Positions 50,057-60,076 of a stretch of DNA of 64,000 bases are shown piece after piece (the first letter of the stretch is position 1; each line of letters opens with the position of its first letter). The stretch spans positions 1 through 64,000 of the forward strand of contig JAEOTZ010000058.1 of the NCBI GenBank assembly GCA_016839585.1. Direction: 5' to 3'. Both the position numbers and the translations under genes were made by a program. This DNA comes from Promethearchaeota archaeon. GTDB taxonomy: Archaea > Asgardarchaeota > Lokiarchaeia > Sigyniarchaeales > SOKP01. The notes beneath the pieces were generated by a model. That model was not told the origin of the DNA and ran no database searches. It worked only from the letters and a program-made list of their open reading frames with translations.

Positions 50057-50497
50057 ATGAGATTAAAAAGTTGGAGACCTATTATCTTAAAAGACTTCCG
50101 TTTGCGGGTAATAAGGGAGAATTTAAGAACTCTTATTAGCTTAGCTGTGGATGCAGAGATTAGTCGATTGAATGAAAAAGAAGATTTATACAGACAAAGA
50201 CGTATTAATCATAGACAGACTCCCTCTCAGTGGAGAAGGGAATTGTCTATTTATGATAAGAAGGAGAGCATTATGAAGACACTAAATAGCTCAATATTGA
50301 GATGCTCCGAAGGTTCGACTTGCAAATCTAGGGAGATAATGCCCTTAACTCAGGATATTTTGACTTTAGATAAAGATATGGTATGGAATCCTCTCCTTAG
50401 ACATTGGATCTGCATAAATTGTTATAATTTTTACTATAAATCAGAATCAGCGAAGAGAAGATTGGAGGAATTCCTTAAGCAAGATGATCTTCAATGA
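50057..50497 (+). CDS. Zn-finger hypothetical protein
   Basis: C...C...WICINCY. Confidence 0.65.
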   Translation: MRLKSWRPIILKDFRLRVIRENLRTLISLAVDAEISRLNEKEDLYRQRRINHRQTPSQWRRELSIYDKKESIMKTLNSSILRCSEGSTCKSREIMPLTQDILTLDKDMVWNPLLRHWICINCYNFYYKSESAKRRLEEFLKQDDLQ

Positions 50498-50654
50498 AAT
50501 TTATAATGAAAAAAACCAAAGTTTTTTGGAAAAGATATTTTTATATAAAATAAGTTTTATACTACTATTATTAGGTTTATGTTAAAAAATGGAAATAAAA
50601 AGTGGAAATTTAGTTATGAATCATTTAATTATAAAGCGAGGAGGTTGGTAAGAA

Positions 50655-51299
50655 GTGCCCTCACGTAGAGGAGATGGGACTCTCGTCTTTAAAATTTGTT
50701 TTTATGGACCTTCACTCGGAGGAAAGACAACCGCATTGGAATGGGTCTACAACAAGGAAGGACTTGCTTCAGGTGATTTTAGCTCTCGAATCGAGATTTA
50801 GTACCAGATGCAGCAAATCCAAGATCCTACCGGCAGAACCCTATTTTTTGATCGTGTTGTGGCTCGTGTGAGCAATGTTGTATTCCAAGTATACACCGTT
50901 GCTGGCCAGAGACGTCATAAATTTCAACGCCAAACGGTTTTGAAAGGCACAGACGCTTGTATATTTACATGGGATAGCTTAATAGATCAGTGGCAAGAGA
51001 ATGTGTGGTCTTTAAAGGAATTAATGAGATTCTATGGAGATAAACTAATTCCAACTGGACCTGCTGAACCCCCGGCTGTCCCGCTTGTTGTATTGGCTAA
51101 TAAACGTGATTTAGAGGATATTGTTGAGATAGCTAAAATACGTCAAGTATTTGATACAGCTAAATTAAATCATACACTTATTTATGAAACGATAGCCATC
51201 ACAGGGATAAATGTTAAAAGAGCTTTTGTATATGGAGCTCGACAAGCAGTACTTAATCACTACAAGAAATTATCAGGTAAGTCAATGGAAGCTGCTTAA
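50655..51299 (+). CDS. mglA: MglA-family small GTPase, split by a 30-nt insertion (join 50655-50777, 50808-51299; 204 aa)
   Basis: GGAGGT RBS; exon 1 has KICFYGPSLGGKTT (G1); exon 2 has GRTLFFD (G2), YTVAGQ (G3), NKRD (G4), ETIAITG (G5); both in the same frame. Confidence 0.9.
50778..50807 (+). other. putative bulge-helix-bulge (tRNA-endonuclease-type) mRNA intron
   Basis: TTTAGCTCTCGAATCGAGATTTAGTACCAG; in-frame TAG 50799; central helix GGUG/UACC flanked by 3-nt bulges AUU and AGA. Confidence 0.82.
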
Positions 51300-51339
51300 A
51301 GTTTACTAACTTATTTTTAAATTACTTGTTATTAGATTT

Positions 51340-51870
51340 TTATAAATAGATAATTTCGAAATTTACATCTTCCTTAGAGATTTTAAGAAATCCGTATGAA
51401 TTTATATCAGTAAATTTTTTATCGGTAGGAGTTCCAGGGCTTATGTATAATTTACCATCTCTCCACTTTTCATTATATGGATGGTGAACATGCCCAAAAA
51501 TAATAACATCATATTTAGATAAGTCAAAATATTTGTTCAATCGTTTAATGATAATATTTGGTCCTCCCATTCCATGAGTCATAAAAATTTTATGACCATA
51601 TAAATCAAATTCAATTTTTTCAGGTAAAATCTTTATCAATTTATAATCGTCCATATTCCCTCGAATTCCAATAACTTTATCTTTTCCAAAAGTCTCTAAT
51701 AGGTCATTATACACTTTAAATTTGGTAAAATCTCCTAAATGAAAAAGATAGTCAATATTTCTTTCTTTAAAATCATTGATTATAATTTTAGGAATTTCAA
51801 GACCTCTTGATGGGATATGAGTATCCCCAATTAGTCCAATAAGTAGCTCATCTTTTTCTGTTTTAATCAT
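51340..51870 (-). CDS. YfcE/Vps29-like metallophosphoesterase
   Basis: GDTH, HLGD, RGNMD, THG, FGHVH, SPGTP. Confidence 0.9.
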   Translation of the reverse strand: MIKTEKDELLIGLIGDTHIPSRGLEIPKIIINDFKERNIDYLFHLGDFTKFKVYNDLLETFGKDKVIGIRGNMDDYKLIKILPEKIEFDLYGHKIFMTHGMGGPNIIIKRLNKYFDLSKYDVIIFGHVHHPYNEKWRDGKLYISPGTPTDKKFTDINSYGFLKISKEDVNFEIIYL

Positions 51871-51912
51871 CGTAAGAACTTAAAAATGTTTTTCTGATTT
51901 ACCGAACCCGAT

Positions 51913-52845
51913 CTATTCTTCTTCTTTATTTTTTTCAACTTCTTTTATTCTAATTTTTATCACTCTGAGAGCGAAATTAATTACGTCATCCATATTACTC
52001 CATCTGCCTTCATCAAGCATTTCTTTAATCCAGTAATAGAGATCTTGTTCTATTGGAATAGTCATATAAATTGGTTTATATGTCTGTTCCTCTGTAGACT
52101 GTGCTTTATTTAATAACCAAGAAATCAAATTTGAGACTAATTTAAAATTATCTGCTGCATTGATACCATAGGATTGCTGTAAACTTGAAAATAAAGATAA
52201 ATTACCTAAAGCTACAACTTTTCCTAATCCAAAATGCGTGATACCAATCACAGGAATTTTTTGGACTGGTTCCTCAACCCAATCATTACCATCAAAATAT
52301 TTATGCCGTGACGATTCCTCAGAAGAAAATGCTATTGCTTTAACATCAATTTTCTCATTCTCAATAGATTTATCTATATTTAAAGTACAACCGCTTGAAT
52401 GAATTATTTCTGCTATTTCTTTTGTAATAAAATGTTTTTTAAAATCTTTAATAATTGGATGTGAGCTTTTTTTTGAAAAATTTTTATCATCAAATAACCT
52501 ATCAGAGTTAAAGGTTATGCCAAAATGTTTAGTAAGTTCTGATAAGTTATTTTTATTATCATAATCGCCACCTTTATCGTTTAATAATAAAAGGCTTCCG
52601 CCATCGTTAACATATTTAACTAATGCTTCAATCTCATCAGGATTAAGATTAGAATCTGTAGTAGGAACACCAATAATGAAGATATTATATTTATTCAATT
52701 TTTCATAGCTAATTCCGGCTTCAATTTTTCCAAGTTGAAAGTCAGAATTAAATAAGTATTGGATAAAATCAGTAAAGGTTTCATTTTCAATAACTAATTT
52801 ATTATTATGGGAATAATCAAATCCAATCGCTTTTTCATTCAACAT
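51913..52845 (-). CDS. GIFT/GldG(IFT52)-like class I GATase-fold domain + C-terminal ribbon-helix-helix
   Basis: FDYSHN, EIEALVKYVNDGGSLL, FGITF, GLGKVVALG, DNFKLVSNLISWL; GRWSNMDDVINFALR. Confidence 0.7.
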   Translation of the reverse strand: MLNEKAIGFDYSHNNKLVIENETFTDFIQYLFNSDFQLGKIEAGISYEKLNKYNIFIIGVPTTDSNLNPDEIEALVKYVNDGGSLLLLNDKGGDYDNKNNLSELTKHFGITFNSDRLFDDKNFSKKSSHPIIKDFKKHFITKEIAEIIHSSGCTLNIDKSIENEKIDVKAIAFSSEESSRHKYFDGNDWVEEPVQKIPVIGITHFGLGKVVALGNLSLFSSLQQSYGINAADNFKLVSNLISWLLNKAQSTEEQTYKPIYMTIPIEQDLYYWIKEMLDEGRWSNMDDVINFALRVIKIRIKEVEKNKEEE

Positions 52846-52922
52846 AATATATATTTCTCCGTAAATTCTTATTTAATTTTGTATTAATTTGATATTATCA
52901 TAAACAAATAAATATATAAATT

Positions 52923-53285
52923 ATGCTAAAAAAAAATTATCGAGATGTTCAAGCTAAACCTGCAACCTTAATGGATGGCACTCTAGTAGAAAATGTCTTT
53001 GTAAGATGGCTAATAGATGAACAAACAGGAGCAAAAAATTTTGCTATGAGGCGTTTTGAAATCAAACCCGACACAAAAGTTTCTCTCCATAATCATCCAG
53101 AAGAGCACGAAATTTATATCTTATCTGGAACCGGAAAATTTTATAATGTTAAAGGGCAAGAAGAAATAGCAAGTACGGGAGATTTTTTATATATTCCCCC
53201 TAATGAAAAGCATGGGTTAGACAATATAGGAGAAGATAATCTAATTTTTTTGTGTCTTATTCCGTATCTTAAAAATAGAAATTAA
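52923..53285 (+). CDS. cupin-domain protein
   Basis: LHNHPEEHEIYILSG, GDFLYIPPNEKH. Confidence 0.9.
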   Translation: MLKKNYRDVQAKPATLMDGTLVENVFVRWLIDEQTGAKNFAMRRFEIKPDTKVSLHNHPEEHEIYILSGTGKFYNVKGQEEIASTGDFLYIPPNEKHGLDNIGEDNLIFLCLIPYLKNRN

Positions 53286-53289
53286 AATA

Positions 53290-55728
53290 TTAGGTTTCTT
53301 TTTCACATTTTCCAATTGTTACAACTAAGTCTTTTTCATATAGCTTGATAACTCTAACACCCTTAGCAGTTCTATGTGTGATCCTTATCGAATCAACGGG
53401 TACTCTTATAACTTGACCTTGTTCTGTTCCGACTAATAGATCCATGTTTTTTGCTATTTTTATAGCTATTACTTCATCATTTTTTGTTTTATTCAATGTG
53501 ATATTCTTTACACCTTTAGCGGACCTACCAGTTTTACGATATTCTTTAACGTAAGTTCTTTGTCCATACCCATTTTGAGTGAGTGTTAATATTATCTCAT
53601 CATCTGATACAAGAAGGGCATCAATTACTTCATCATTATCTCTTAATTCCGCTCCTTTCACTCCCATAGAATTACGTCCTAACTCACGTAATTCAGATTC
53701 ATCAAACCTAACCGCATATCCCAATTTAGTAGCTATAAAAATATCTTGAAGTTCATTTGAGAGCCTTTTAACACTTACTAACTCATCATCTGCCCTTATT
53801 CTTTGGGCTCTTACTCCAGTGTTCTTAAATTTTGAGAATAGTTTTAAGGGAGTTTTTTTAATAATACCTTTCTTTGTAGTCATAATAAGCATTTCATTAG
53901 TATTGAAGTTATTAATTGGGATCATAGCTGATATATTTTCTCCTGATTGCAGAGGAATAAGATTTATTATTGGTTTTCCTCTAGCAGTACGTTTTTGTAA
54001 AGGAATATCATAACATTTAATCGAATATACTCTTCCTTTCGATGTAAATATTAAAATTGTGTCATGGGTGGTACAAACAAATAAATCTGTAATAAAATCC
54101 TCTTCGCGTATGGTCATACCTTTTTTCCCACGCCCTCCACGTCTTTGAGCTTGGTATTCTTCCAAAGAAATTCTTTTGATATATTGATTTTTTGTGAAAA
54201 TCACAATAGTAGTTTCTTTTTTAATTAAATCTTTCTTTTCAATTTCTTTTACTTCTTGTTGTTCAACCATTTTAATTTCAGTTTTTCTCTCATCTCCATA
54301 TTTTTTGATTAAGTCAAGTAAATCGCTTTTAATCATGCCCAAACGAACATTCTTATCTTCCAGAATTTTATTATATTCCTCAATACTAGATTGTAATGAT
54401 TTTTGTTCATCAACTAACTTTTGTTGTTCCAAATTTGTTAGTCGTGACAAAGGCATACTCAATATAGATTGAACTTGAATATCACTTAGCTCATAAGCTA
54501 CTTTTAATTTATTTTTCGCTTCACTTGTATCTTTCGAATTTTTAATTATTTTTACTACATTATCGATATCATTTAATGCGATTAAAAGCCCTTCAACTCT
54601 ATGAAGTCGATCTTTTGCCTTCTTAAGAAGATATTCGGTTCTTTTATAAATGATAATTAAACGATGTTCAATATATTCATTAATTATCTCCTTTAAATTG
54701 AGAATTTTTGGTTGTTTACCTTCATTAATTAAAACTAGATTAGTTGTGCTAAATGTTGTTAAAAGTCTAGTTCTTTTAAAAAGAATATTTTTTAGTATTA
54801 CTGGTTGAGCATTTCTAGATAAATCTAATACAATTCGCATACCATTCCTATCGGATTCATCTCGCAAATCTCTAATATCTTTAAGGACTCTATCTTTAAT
54901 TAGCTTAGCAATAGATTCAATCAAATCTGTTTTATTAACTAAATATGGAATTTCAGTAATAATTAAACTAGTTTTATTTCCTTTTATTTCAGTCTCAACC
55001 TTTCCACTAATATTTATCGTTCCATTACCGGTAGTATATGCATTGTAGATACCATTTGTATCAGTGATAATACCCCCTGTCGGAAAATCAGGACCTTTAA
55101 TGATTTCCATTAATTCTTCTATAGATATTTTAGGATCATCTATAGCTGCAATAATCCCACTACATACTTCTGTTAAATTATGGGGGGGCATAGATGTTGC
55201 CATTCCTACTGCAATTCCTTTAGTGCCATTTAATAAGATATTAGGAAGTTTTGCAGGTAGATATGTGGGTTCAGAAGTACTGTTATCAAAATTAGGTTGA
55301 AATTCTACAGTTTCTTTATCTAAATCTTCAATCAGTTCATTTGAGATTAGTGATAATTTTGCTTCAGTATATCTATACGCAGCAGGTGGATCTCCATCTA
55401 TAGATCCAAAATTCCCTTGTGGATGAATTAAAGGATATCTTAATGAAAAGTCCTGTCCCATTCTAACTAATGCATTATAAACTGCCAAATCACCGTGTGG
55501 GTGAAAATTCCCTAAAGTCTCGCCTACAATCTTAGCACATTTCACTGTGGAACCTGCATAATTCCAATTATTTGTTGCCATGGCGTAAATAATACGTCTA
55601 TGAACAGGCTTCAGACCATCTCTGACGTCTGGAATGGCTCTTCCAACGACCACGCTCATTGCATAATCGATATAGCTGCTTTGCATTTCTTCTTTTAATA
55701 AAATCTCTTCAATCTGTTCTGAAGTCAA
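53290..55728 (-). CDS. gyrA: DNA gyrase subunit A
   Basis: RDGLKPVHRR, HPHGD, AAYRYTE, GyrA-box QRRGGRG, C-terminal pinwheel repeats. Confidence 0.97.
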   Translation of the reverse strand: MTSEQIEEILLKEEMQSSYIDYAMSVVVGRAIPDVRDGLKPVHRRIIYAMATNNWNYAGSTVKCAKIVGETLGNFHPHGDLAVYNALVRMGQDFSLRYPLIHPQGNFGSIDGDPPAAYRYTEAKLSLISNELIEDLDKETVEFQPNFDNSTSEPTYLPAKLPNILLNGTKGIAVGMATSMPPHNLTEVCSGIIAAIDDPKISIEELMEIIKGPDFPTGGIITDTNGIYNAYTTGNGTINISGKVETEIKGNKTSLIITEIPYLVNKTDLIESIAKLIKDRVLKDIRDLRDESDRNGMRIVLDLSRNAQPVILKNILFKRTRLLTTFSTTNLVLINEGKQPKILNLKEIINEYIEHRLIIIYKRTEYLLKKAKDRLHRVEGLLIALNDIDNVVKIIKNSKDTSEAKNKLKVAYELSDIQVQSILSMPLSRLTNLEQQKLVDEQKSLQSSIEEYNKILEDKNVRLGMIKSDLLDLIKKYGDERKTEIKMVEQQEVKEIEKKDLIKKETTIVIFTKNQYIKRISLEEYQAQRRGGRGKKGMTIREEDFITDLFVCTTHDTILIFTSKGRVYSIKCYDIPLQKRTARGKPIINLIPLQSGENISAMIPINNFNTNEMLIMTTKKGIIKKTPLKLFSKFKNTGVRAQRIRADDELVSVKRLSNELQDIFIATKLGYAVRFDESELRELGRNSMGVKGAELRDNDEVIDALLVSDDEIILTLTQNGYGQRTYVKEYRKTGRSAKGVKNITLNKTKNDEVIAIKIAKNMDLLVGTEQGQVIRVPVDSIRITHRTAKGVRVIKLYEKDLVVTIGKCEKET

Positions 55729-55775
55729 TTATAACACCATTTCTATTTTAAATTATTTAAATTAAATAAGCAGTT

Positions 55776-57800
55776 TTAAATATCTAATATGTTAACTTCA
55801 TCAAAATTACTAATAATAAACTTTTTTCGAGCTTTAACTTCTTTACCCATCAATTTAGTAAAGATTAAATCATTTTCCAGATAATCCTCATAAGTAACTT
55901 TTTTCAGTGTTCTGGTTTCTCTATTCATAGTTGTGTCGTAAAGTTCATTTGGGTTCATCTCCCCGAGACCCTTATAGCGTTGAATTTTTATGGAATCTGT
56001 GTTCTTTAAATTATATTTTGATTTGATGCTTTTAAGCAAACTTTCTTTTTCTATATCTGAATAAACGTATTCTCTCGTTTTTTTGTAAGATACTTTATAT
56101 AAAGGAGGTACAGCAATATATAAATGTCCTTCATCTATTAAAGGTCTCAAATATCTAAAAAAGAAAGTAAGCAATAAAGTTTCGATATGAAATCCATCGA
56201 TATCTGCGTCGCACATGATTATTACCTTATAGTATCTAAGTTTACTCAAATCGAAACTCTCTTCTGCTTCATCTCCATTCTCTTCTAGCTCGCCATTGAC
56301 ACCATTTATTTGATTATCTTCTTGAAATCCAACTCCTAAAGCTTTGATTATAGCTTGGATTTCATTATTTTGCAGTACTTTATCTATTCTAGCTTTTTCA
56401 ACATTGAGAATTTTACCTCTAATTGGAAGAATTGCTTGATAAGTCCTATCTCTTCCTTGTTTTGCAGGACCACCTGCTGAATCTCCTTCTACTATGAAAA
56501 TCTCTACTTTTTCTGGATCATTTGATGAGCAATCAGCAAGTTTTCCAGGCATTCTAGCACTGTCTAATGCTGATTTTCTTCGAATTAATGTTCTCGCTTT
56601 TTGAGCAGCTTCTCTGGCTATCTTTGCATTAATAGTTTTTAAAACAATCCTTTTAGCAGTTTGCGGGTGTTCTTCGAAATACTGAGTTAATTTTTCAGTA
56701 ACAATTTGGCTAACAATTTGTCTGATTTCGGGATTACCTAACTTTATTTTTGTTTGACTTTCAAATTGAGGATCGGGAAGTTTAACAGAGATTACTGCAG
56801 ATAGACCTTCTCTTGTATCACTTCCACTTAATATATGTCCTTTATACTTCTTTTCCATAAAGTTTTCTACATATGAGTTAAATGCCCTTGTTAAAGCGGA
56901 TTTAAAACCAGTTAAATGAACTCCACCTTCAATTGTATTTATAGTATTTGCATAAGAGAGAATAGTCGTTTGATATCCTTGATTATATTGCATCGCAATA
57001 TCGCAAAGTACCACCGATCCATCTTTATCTTTATAAGAGTCGCTTATGTAAATAATATCATTATGTAGTGGTTGTTTATCCTTGTTTAAATATGAGATAA
57101 ATTCTTTAAGACCACCCTCATAATGAAATTCTTCTTTTTCATTTGTATTTTTATCATGAATCTCAAATCTTGCGTGAGGAGTAAGGAAAGCAAGCTCTCG
57201 CATTCTAGTACTAATAGAAGATACATTAAAAAGTGGTTCTTTTGGATCAAATTCAAAAATTTCCTTATCCGGATAAAAAATTATTTTAGTATAAGACTCC
57301 TTTACTTGTGTTTCTTTTATCTCTGGTTCTGATGCTTTTTTACCCTTTGAAAATTTTTGTGTATAACAAAGCCCATCGCGGCACACTTCAACATCCATCC
57401 ACTCAGTTAATGCATTCACAACTGAAAGTCCAACGCCATGCAAACCACCTGATATTTTATAACTTTTATTGTCAAATTTTCCACCAGAATGTAAATATTC
57501 CATAATAACTTCGAGGGCCGGTTTATTGTATTCAGGATGATTATCGATAGGAATACCTCTACCATTATCAAATATTTGGACAGAATTGTTTTTATTTAGG
57601 GTTATTTTTATCTCATCCGCAAACCCGCCCATTGCTTCGTCGACACAATTATCCAAAACTTCAAAAATAAGATGATGGAGGCCCTTCTTTCCTGTGGAGC
57701 CAATATAGAGTGCTGGTCTCTTCCTAACACCTTCTAAACCTTTTAAAACCTTTATGTCCTCAGCCTGATAAGAGTTTTGGTCAGAGGATTTATCATTCAT
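55776..57800 (-). CDS. gyrB: DNA gyrase subunit B
   Basis: EVLDNCVDE, DNGRGIP, GGLHGVG, EGDSAGG, PIRGKILN, DADIDG, RYKGLGEM. Confidence 0.97.
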   Translation of the reverse strand: MNDKSSDQNSYQAEDIKVLKGLEGVRKRPALYIGSTGKKGLHHLIFEVLDNCVDEAMGGFADEIKITLNKNNSVQIFDNGRGIPIDNHPEYNKPALEVIMEYLHSGGKFDNKSYKISGGLHGVGLSVVNALTEWMDVEVCRDGLCYTQKFSKGKKASEPEIKETQVKESYTKIIFYPDKEIFEFDPKEPLFNVSSISTRMRELAFLTPHARFEIHDKNTNEKEEFHYEGGLKEFISYLNKDKQPLHNDIIYISDSYKDKDGSVVLCDIAMQYNQGYQTTILSYANTINTIEGGVHLTGFKSALTRAFNSYVENFMEKKYKGHILSGSDTREGLSAVISVKLPDPQFESQTKIKLGNPEIRQIVSQIVTEKLTQYFEEHPQTAKRIVLKTINAKIAREAAQKARTLIRRKSALDSARMPGKLADCSSNDPEKVEIFIVEGDSAGGPAKQGRDRTYQAILPIRGKILNVEKARIDKVLQNNEIQAIIKALGVGFQEDNQINGVNGELEENGDEAEESFDLSKLRYYKVIIMCDADIDGFHIETLLLTFFFRYLRPLIDEGHLYIAVPPLYKVSYKKTREYVYSDIEKESLLKSIKSKYNLKNTDSIKIQRYKGLGEMNPNELYDTTMNRETRTLKKVTYEDYLENDLIFTKLMGKEVKARKKFIISNFDEVNILDI

Positions 57801-58076
57801 AAGAAAATAACCTGTAGAATTTTAATTTGTAATCATAAAAATATTCAAAATACCATTATATTTTGCTGATTTACATATAATAAATAGTAATACTCAAATT
57901 TAAATATAAGCTCAAATCTTTTTAGCTCAAAAATAACAATATGTCTTAATTATTAACCAGAATTTATATATATCAAAAGTTATAAGAGATTTCCTCAAAT
58001 TTATCCTAATTTTAAAATAGTTCTTTATTTTGGTCCAAATCTTAAGAGATCACAAAAATTAAAAAATGACTATTAT

Positions 58077-58940
58077 TTACTGATATCTTCTAATTTCTTC
58101 AGCCATTTTTACAATGTCTAATAATTGGTTATTCACATCATGAGTTCGAATAATATGAGCACCATTATAAACTGCTATCGCAGTAGAAGAAAGTGTTCCA
58201 TTTAGTCGATTTTCAGGGTCTGGAATATTCAGTGATGTTCCTATAAAAGATTTTCTTGATACAGCAATCAATATGGGTTTATTAAGTTGCCTTAGTTTAT
58301 TCAAATTCCCTATGATTTTTAAATCATATATATGTACTTTTTTTTCAATCCATTTTCCAATTCCAGGATCTAATACAATATTATTCTCAGCATATCCATT
58401 GGTTTCAAGTTTTTTTATAGTTTTTTCAAATTCTTTAATTATTTCTTCAATTGTACATAAATCTCCAGGAACTTTTTTAGACGCCATCAAAATTACAGGA
58501 AGATTATTTTCAATAATAAATTCTTGTAAGGAAGGATCTGTTTTTAAACAGCTTACATCGTTGATTATTATTTTTCTTTTTGATTTAAGAGAGATATCAT
58601 AAGCAATTTGAGCAACATTACTGTACTGTGTATCAACTGATATTATTATATCTTCAGGAATTATTTTACAAACTAATTCCATAGCGGGGGTTAACCGACT
58701 AATCTCTTCTTCGATAGTTATTTTATCTGACCAAGGAGCAGTAGATCGAGCTCCTAAATCAAGCATTTTTGCTCCATTTTTTATCATATCTAAGGTGGCA
58801 TTCTCTATTTCCCTATCGTCAGAATAAACTGATCCTTGGTAAAAGGACTCGGGGCTTAAATTTAAAACACCCATAATCACTGTAGGAAAATCATCTCCAA
58901 TTTCCAAGGAATCATAAATTTTTGAATAGATTTTTTTCAT
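58077..58940 (-). CDS. folP: dihydropteroate synthase
   Basis: MGVLNLSPESF, DLGARST, SVDT, DPGIG, SRKSF, RTHDV. Confidence 0.92.
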   Translation of the reverse strand: MKKIYSKIYDSLEIGDDFPTVIMGVLNLSPESFYQGSVYSDDREIENATLDMIKNGAKMLDLGARSTAPWSDKITIEEEISRLTPAMELVCKIIPEDIIISVDTQYSNVAQIAYDISLKSKRKIIINDVSCLKTDPSLQEFIIENNLPVILMASKKVPGDLCTIEEIIKEFEKTIKKLETNGYAENNIVLDPGIGKWIEKKVHIYDLKIIGNLNKLRQLNKPILIAVSRKSFIGTSLNIPDPENRLNGTLSSTAIAVYNGAHIIRTHDVNNQLLDIVKMAEEIRRYQ

Positions 58941-58996
58941 TCTGCATCAAGAAAAGAAAAAAAGTATATCAAATAAGTTTAATTTTTTTACCCACT

Positions 58997-59776
58997 ATGG
59001 AATTATTTTCAATAAAGCTTCCACTAATTAAAGAGAATGCTCCCCTATTAGACATTATAATAAAAAATATTAAGAAATCTGGGAAATTGTTAAAAGAAAG
59101 AGATATTATAGTAATTGCTGAAAAAGTAATTGCAACATCTCAAGGACGAATAGTCAAATTATCTGAAGTAAAACAGATATCAGAAAAAGCAAAAAATTTT
59201 GCTAATAAATATGATATGGATGAAAGATACGTGGAATTAATTCTTCGAGAAGCCTCAATGATACTGGGAGGAATGAGGCATGTTATATTAGCAAAAGTTA
59301 ATGATTTTCTAATAGCTAATGCCGGAATTGACCAATCTAATGCTGGTCCTGATAATGTTGTTTTATTACCAAAAAATCTTAATGAAGTGGTCTGGGATTA
59401 TTGGAAAGAACTGAAGAAAGTATTTAACATAAATAAATTAGGAGTTATTATATCTGACTCGAGAGTACAACCTCTTAGGAAGGGTACGATTGGAATAGCG
59501 ATAGCTACCGCTGGATTTGAACCAATTGAAGATCTACGTGGTCATCCAGATCTTTTTGGTAGACCTTTAGAGATTACTATGAGAGCCATTGCTGATGATC
59601 TTACAAGTGCGGCTCAATTTCTTTTAAGCGAAGCTGATAAACAAACTCCCGTGGTTATTATTAGAGGTAGTAATGTTGAATTTACTGAAAATCCGAAAAC
59701 TACACCAGAAATACCTCCGGAAGAATGTCTTTATATGAATATTTTTTCTAAATATCTGCTTAAAAAACAAGATTAA
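58997..59776 (+). CDS. cofE: coenzyme F420-0:L-glutamate ligase family protein
   Basis: EKVIATSQG, ANAGIDQSN, ISDSR..PLR.G, DLFGRPL, ADDL; ATG 58997. Confidence 0.88.
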   Translation: MELFSIKLPLIKENAPLLDIIIKNIKKSGKLLKERDIIVIAEKVIATSQGRIVKLSEVKQISEKAKNFANKYDMDERYVELILREASMILGGMRHVILAKVNDFLIANAGIDQSNAGPDNVVLLPKNLNEVVWDYWKELKKVFNINKLGVIISDSRVQPLRKGTIGIAIATAGFEPIEDLRGHPDLFGRPLEITMRAIADDLTSAAQFLLSEADKQTPVVIIRGSNVEFTENPKTTPEIPPEECLYMNIFSKYLLKKQD

Positions 59777-60076
59777 TGGCAGAAATTTGACAAATAATTA
59801 ATAATGGTCATCTATTTATTTAAATTGTTTATATAACCTAGAAATTATAGAGATTTTAAAATCATAGTATGGTCAGTCTAGATATTCTAAAACATTTATA
59901 TTTTAATTCCATTTTAAATCTCCCAATATAAAGCCATGGTTTTTTTCTAAACTATGAACATATTGATTTTCTCATTAATTAAGATCACATCTATTATCTT
60001 ATAATTCAGTCAAATTTTTTAGAAATCATTAACTAACTAAGACATACTAATTGTAGACTATTCTTTTAATTCAAAA

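Noticed and set aside
50799-50801. Pyrrolysine/amber read-through in mglA
   Set aside because: Would leave a 10-aa insert before switch I and does not explain the exact BHB geometry; less parsimonious, though not formally excluded.
50773-50807. GT...AG spliceosomal-like intron in mglA (CAG|GTGA...CCAG|)
   Set aside because: 35 nt long; removal shifts the frame, whereas the BHB cuts (30 nt) restore it exactly.
50674-50871. 65-aa ORF in the track
   Set aside because: Alternative frame overlapping mglA exon 1.
53290-57800. Bacterial-type gyrase as a novelty or contamination
   Set aside because: Gyrase is already known in several archaeal lineages including Asgard; the flanking genes are archaeal.
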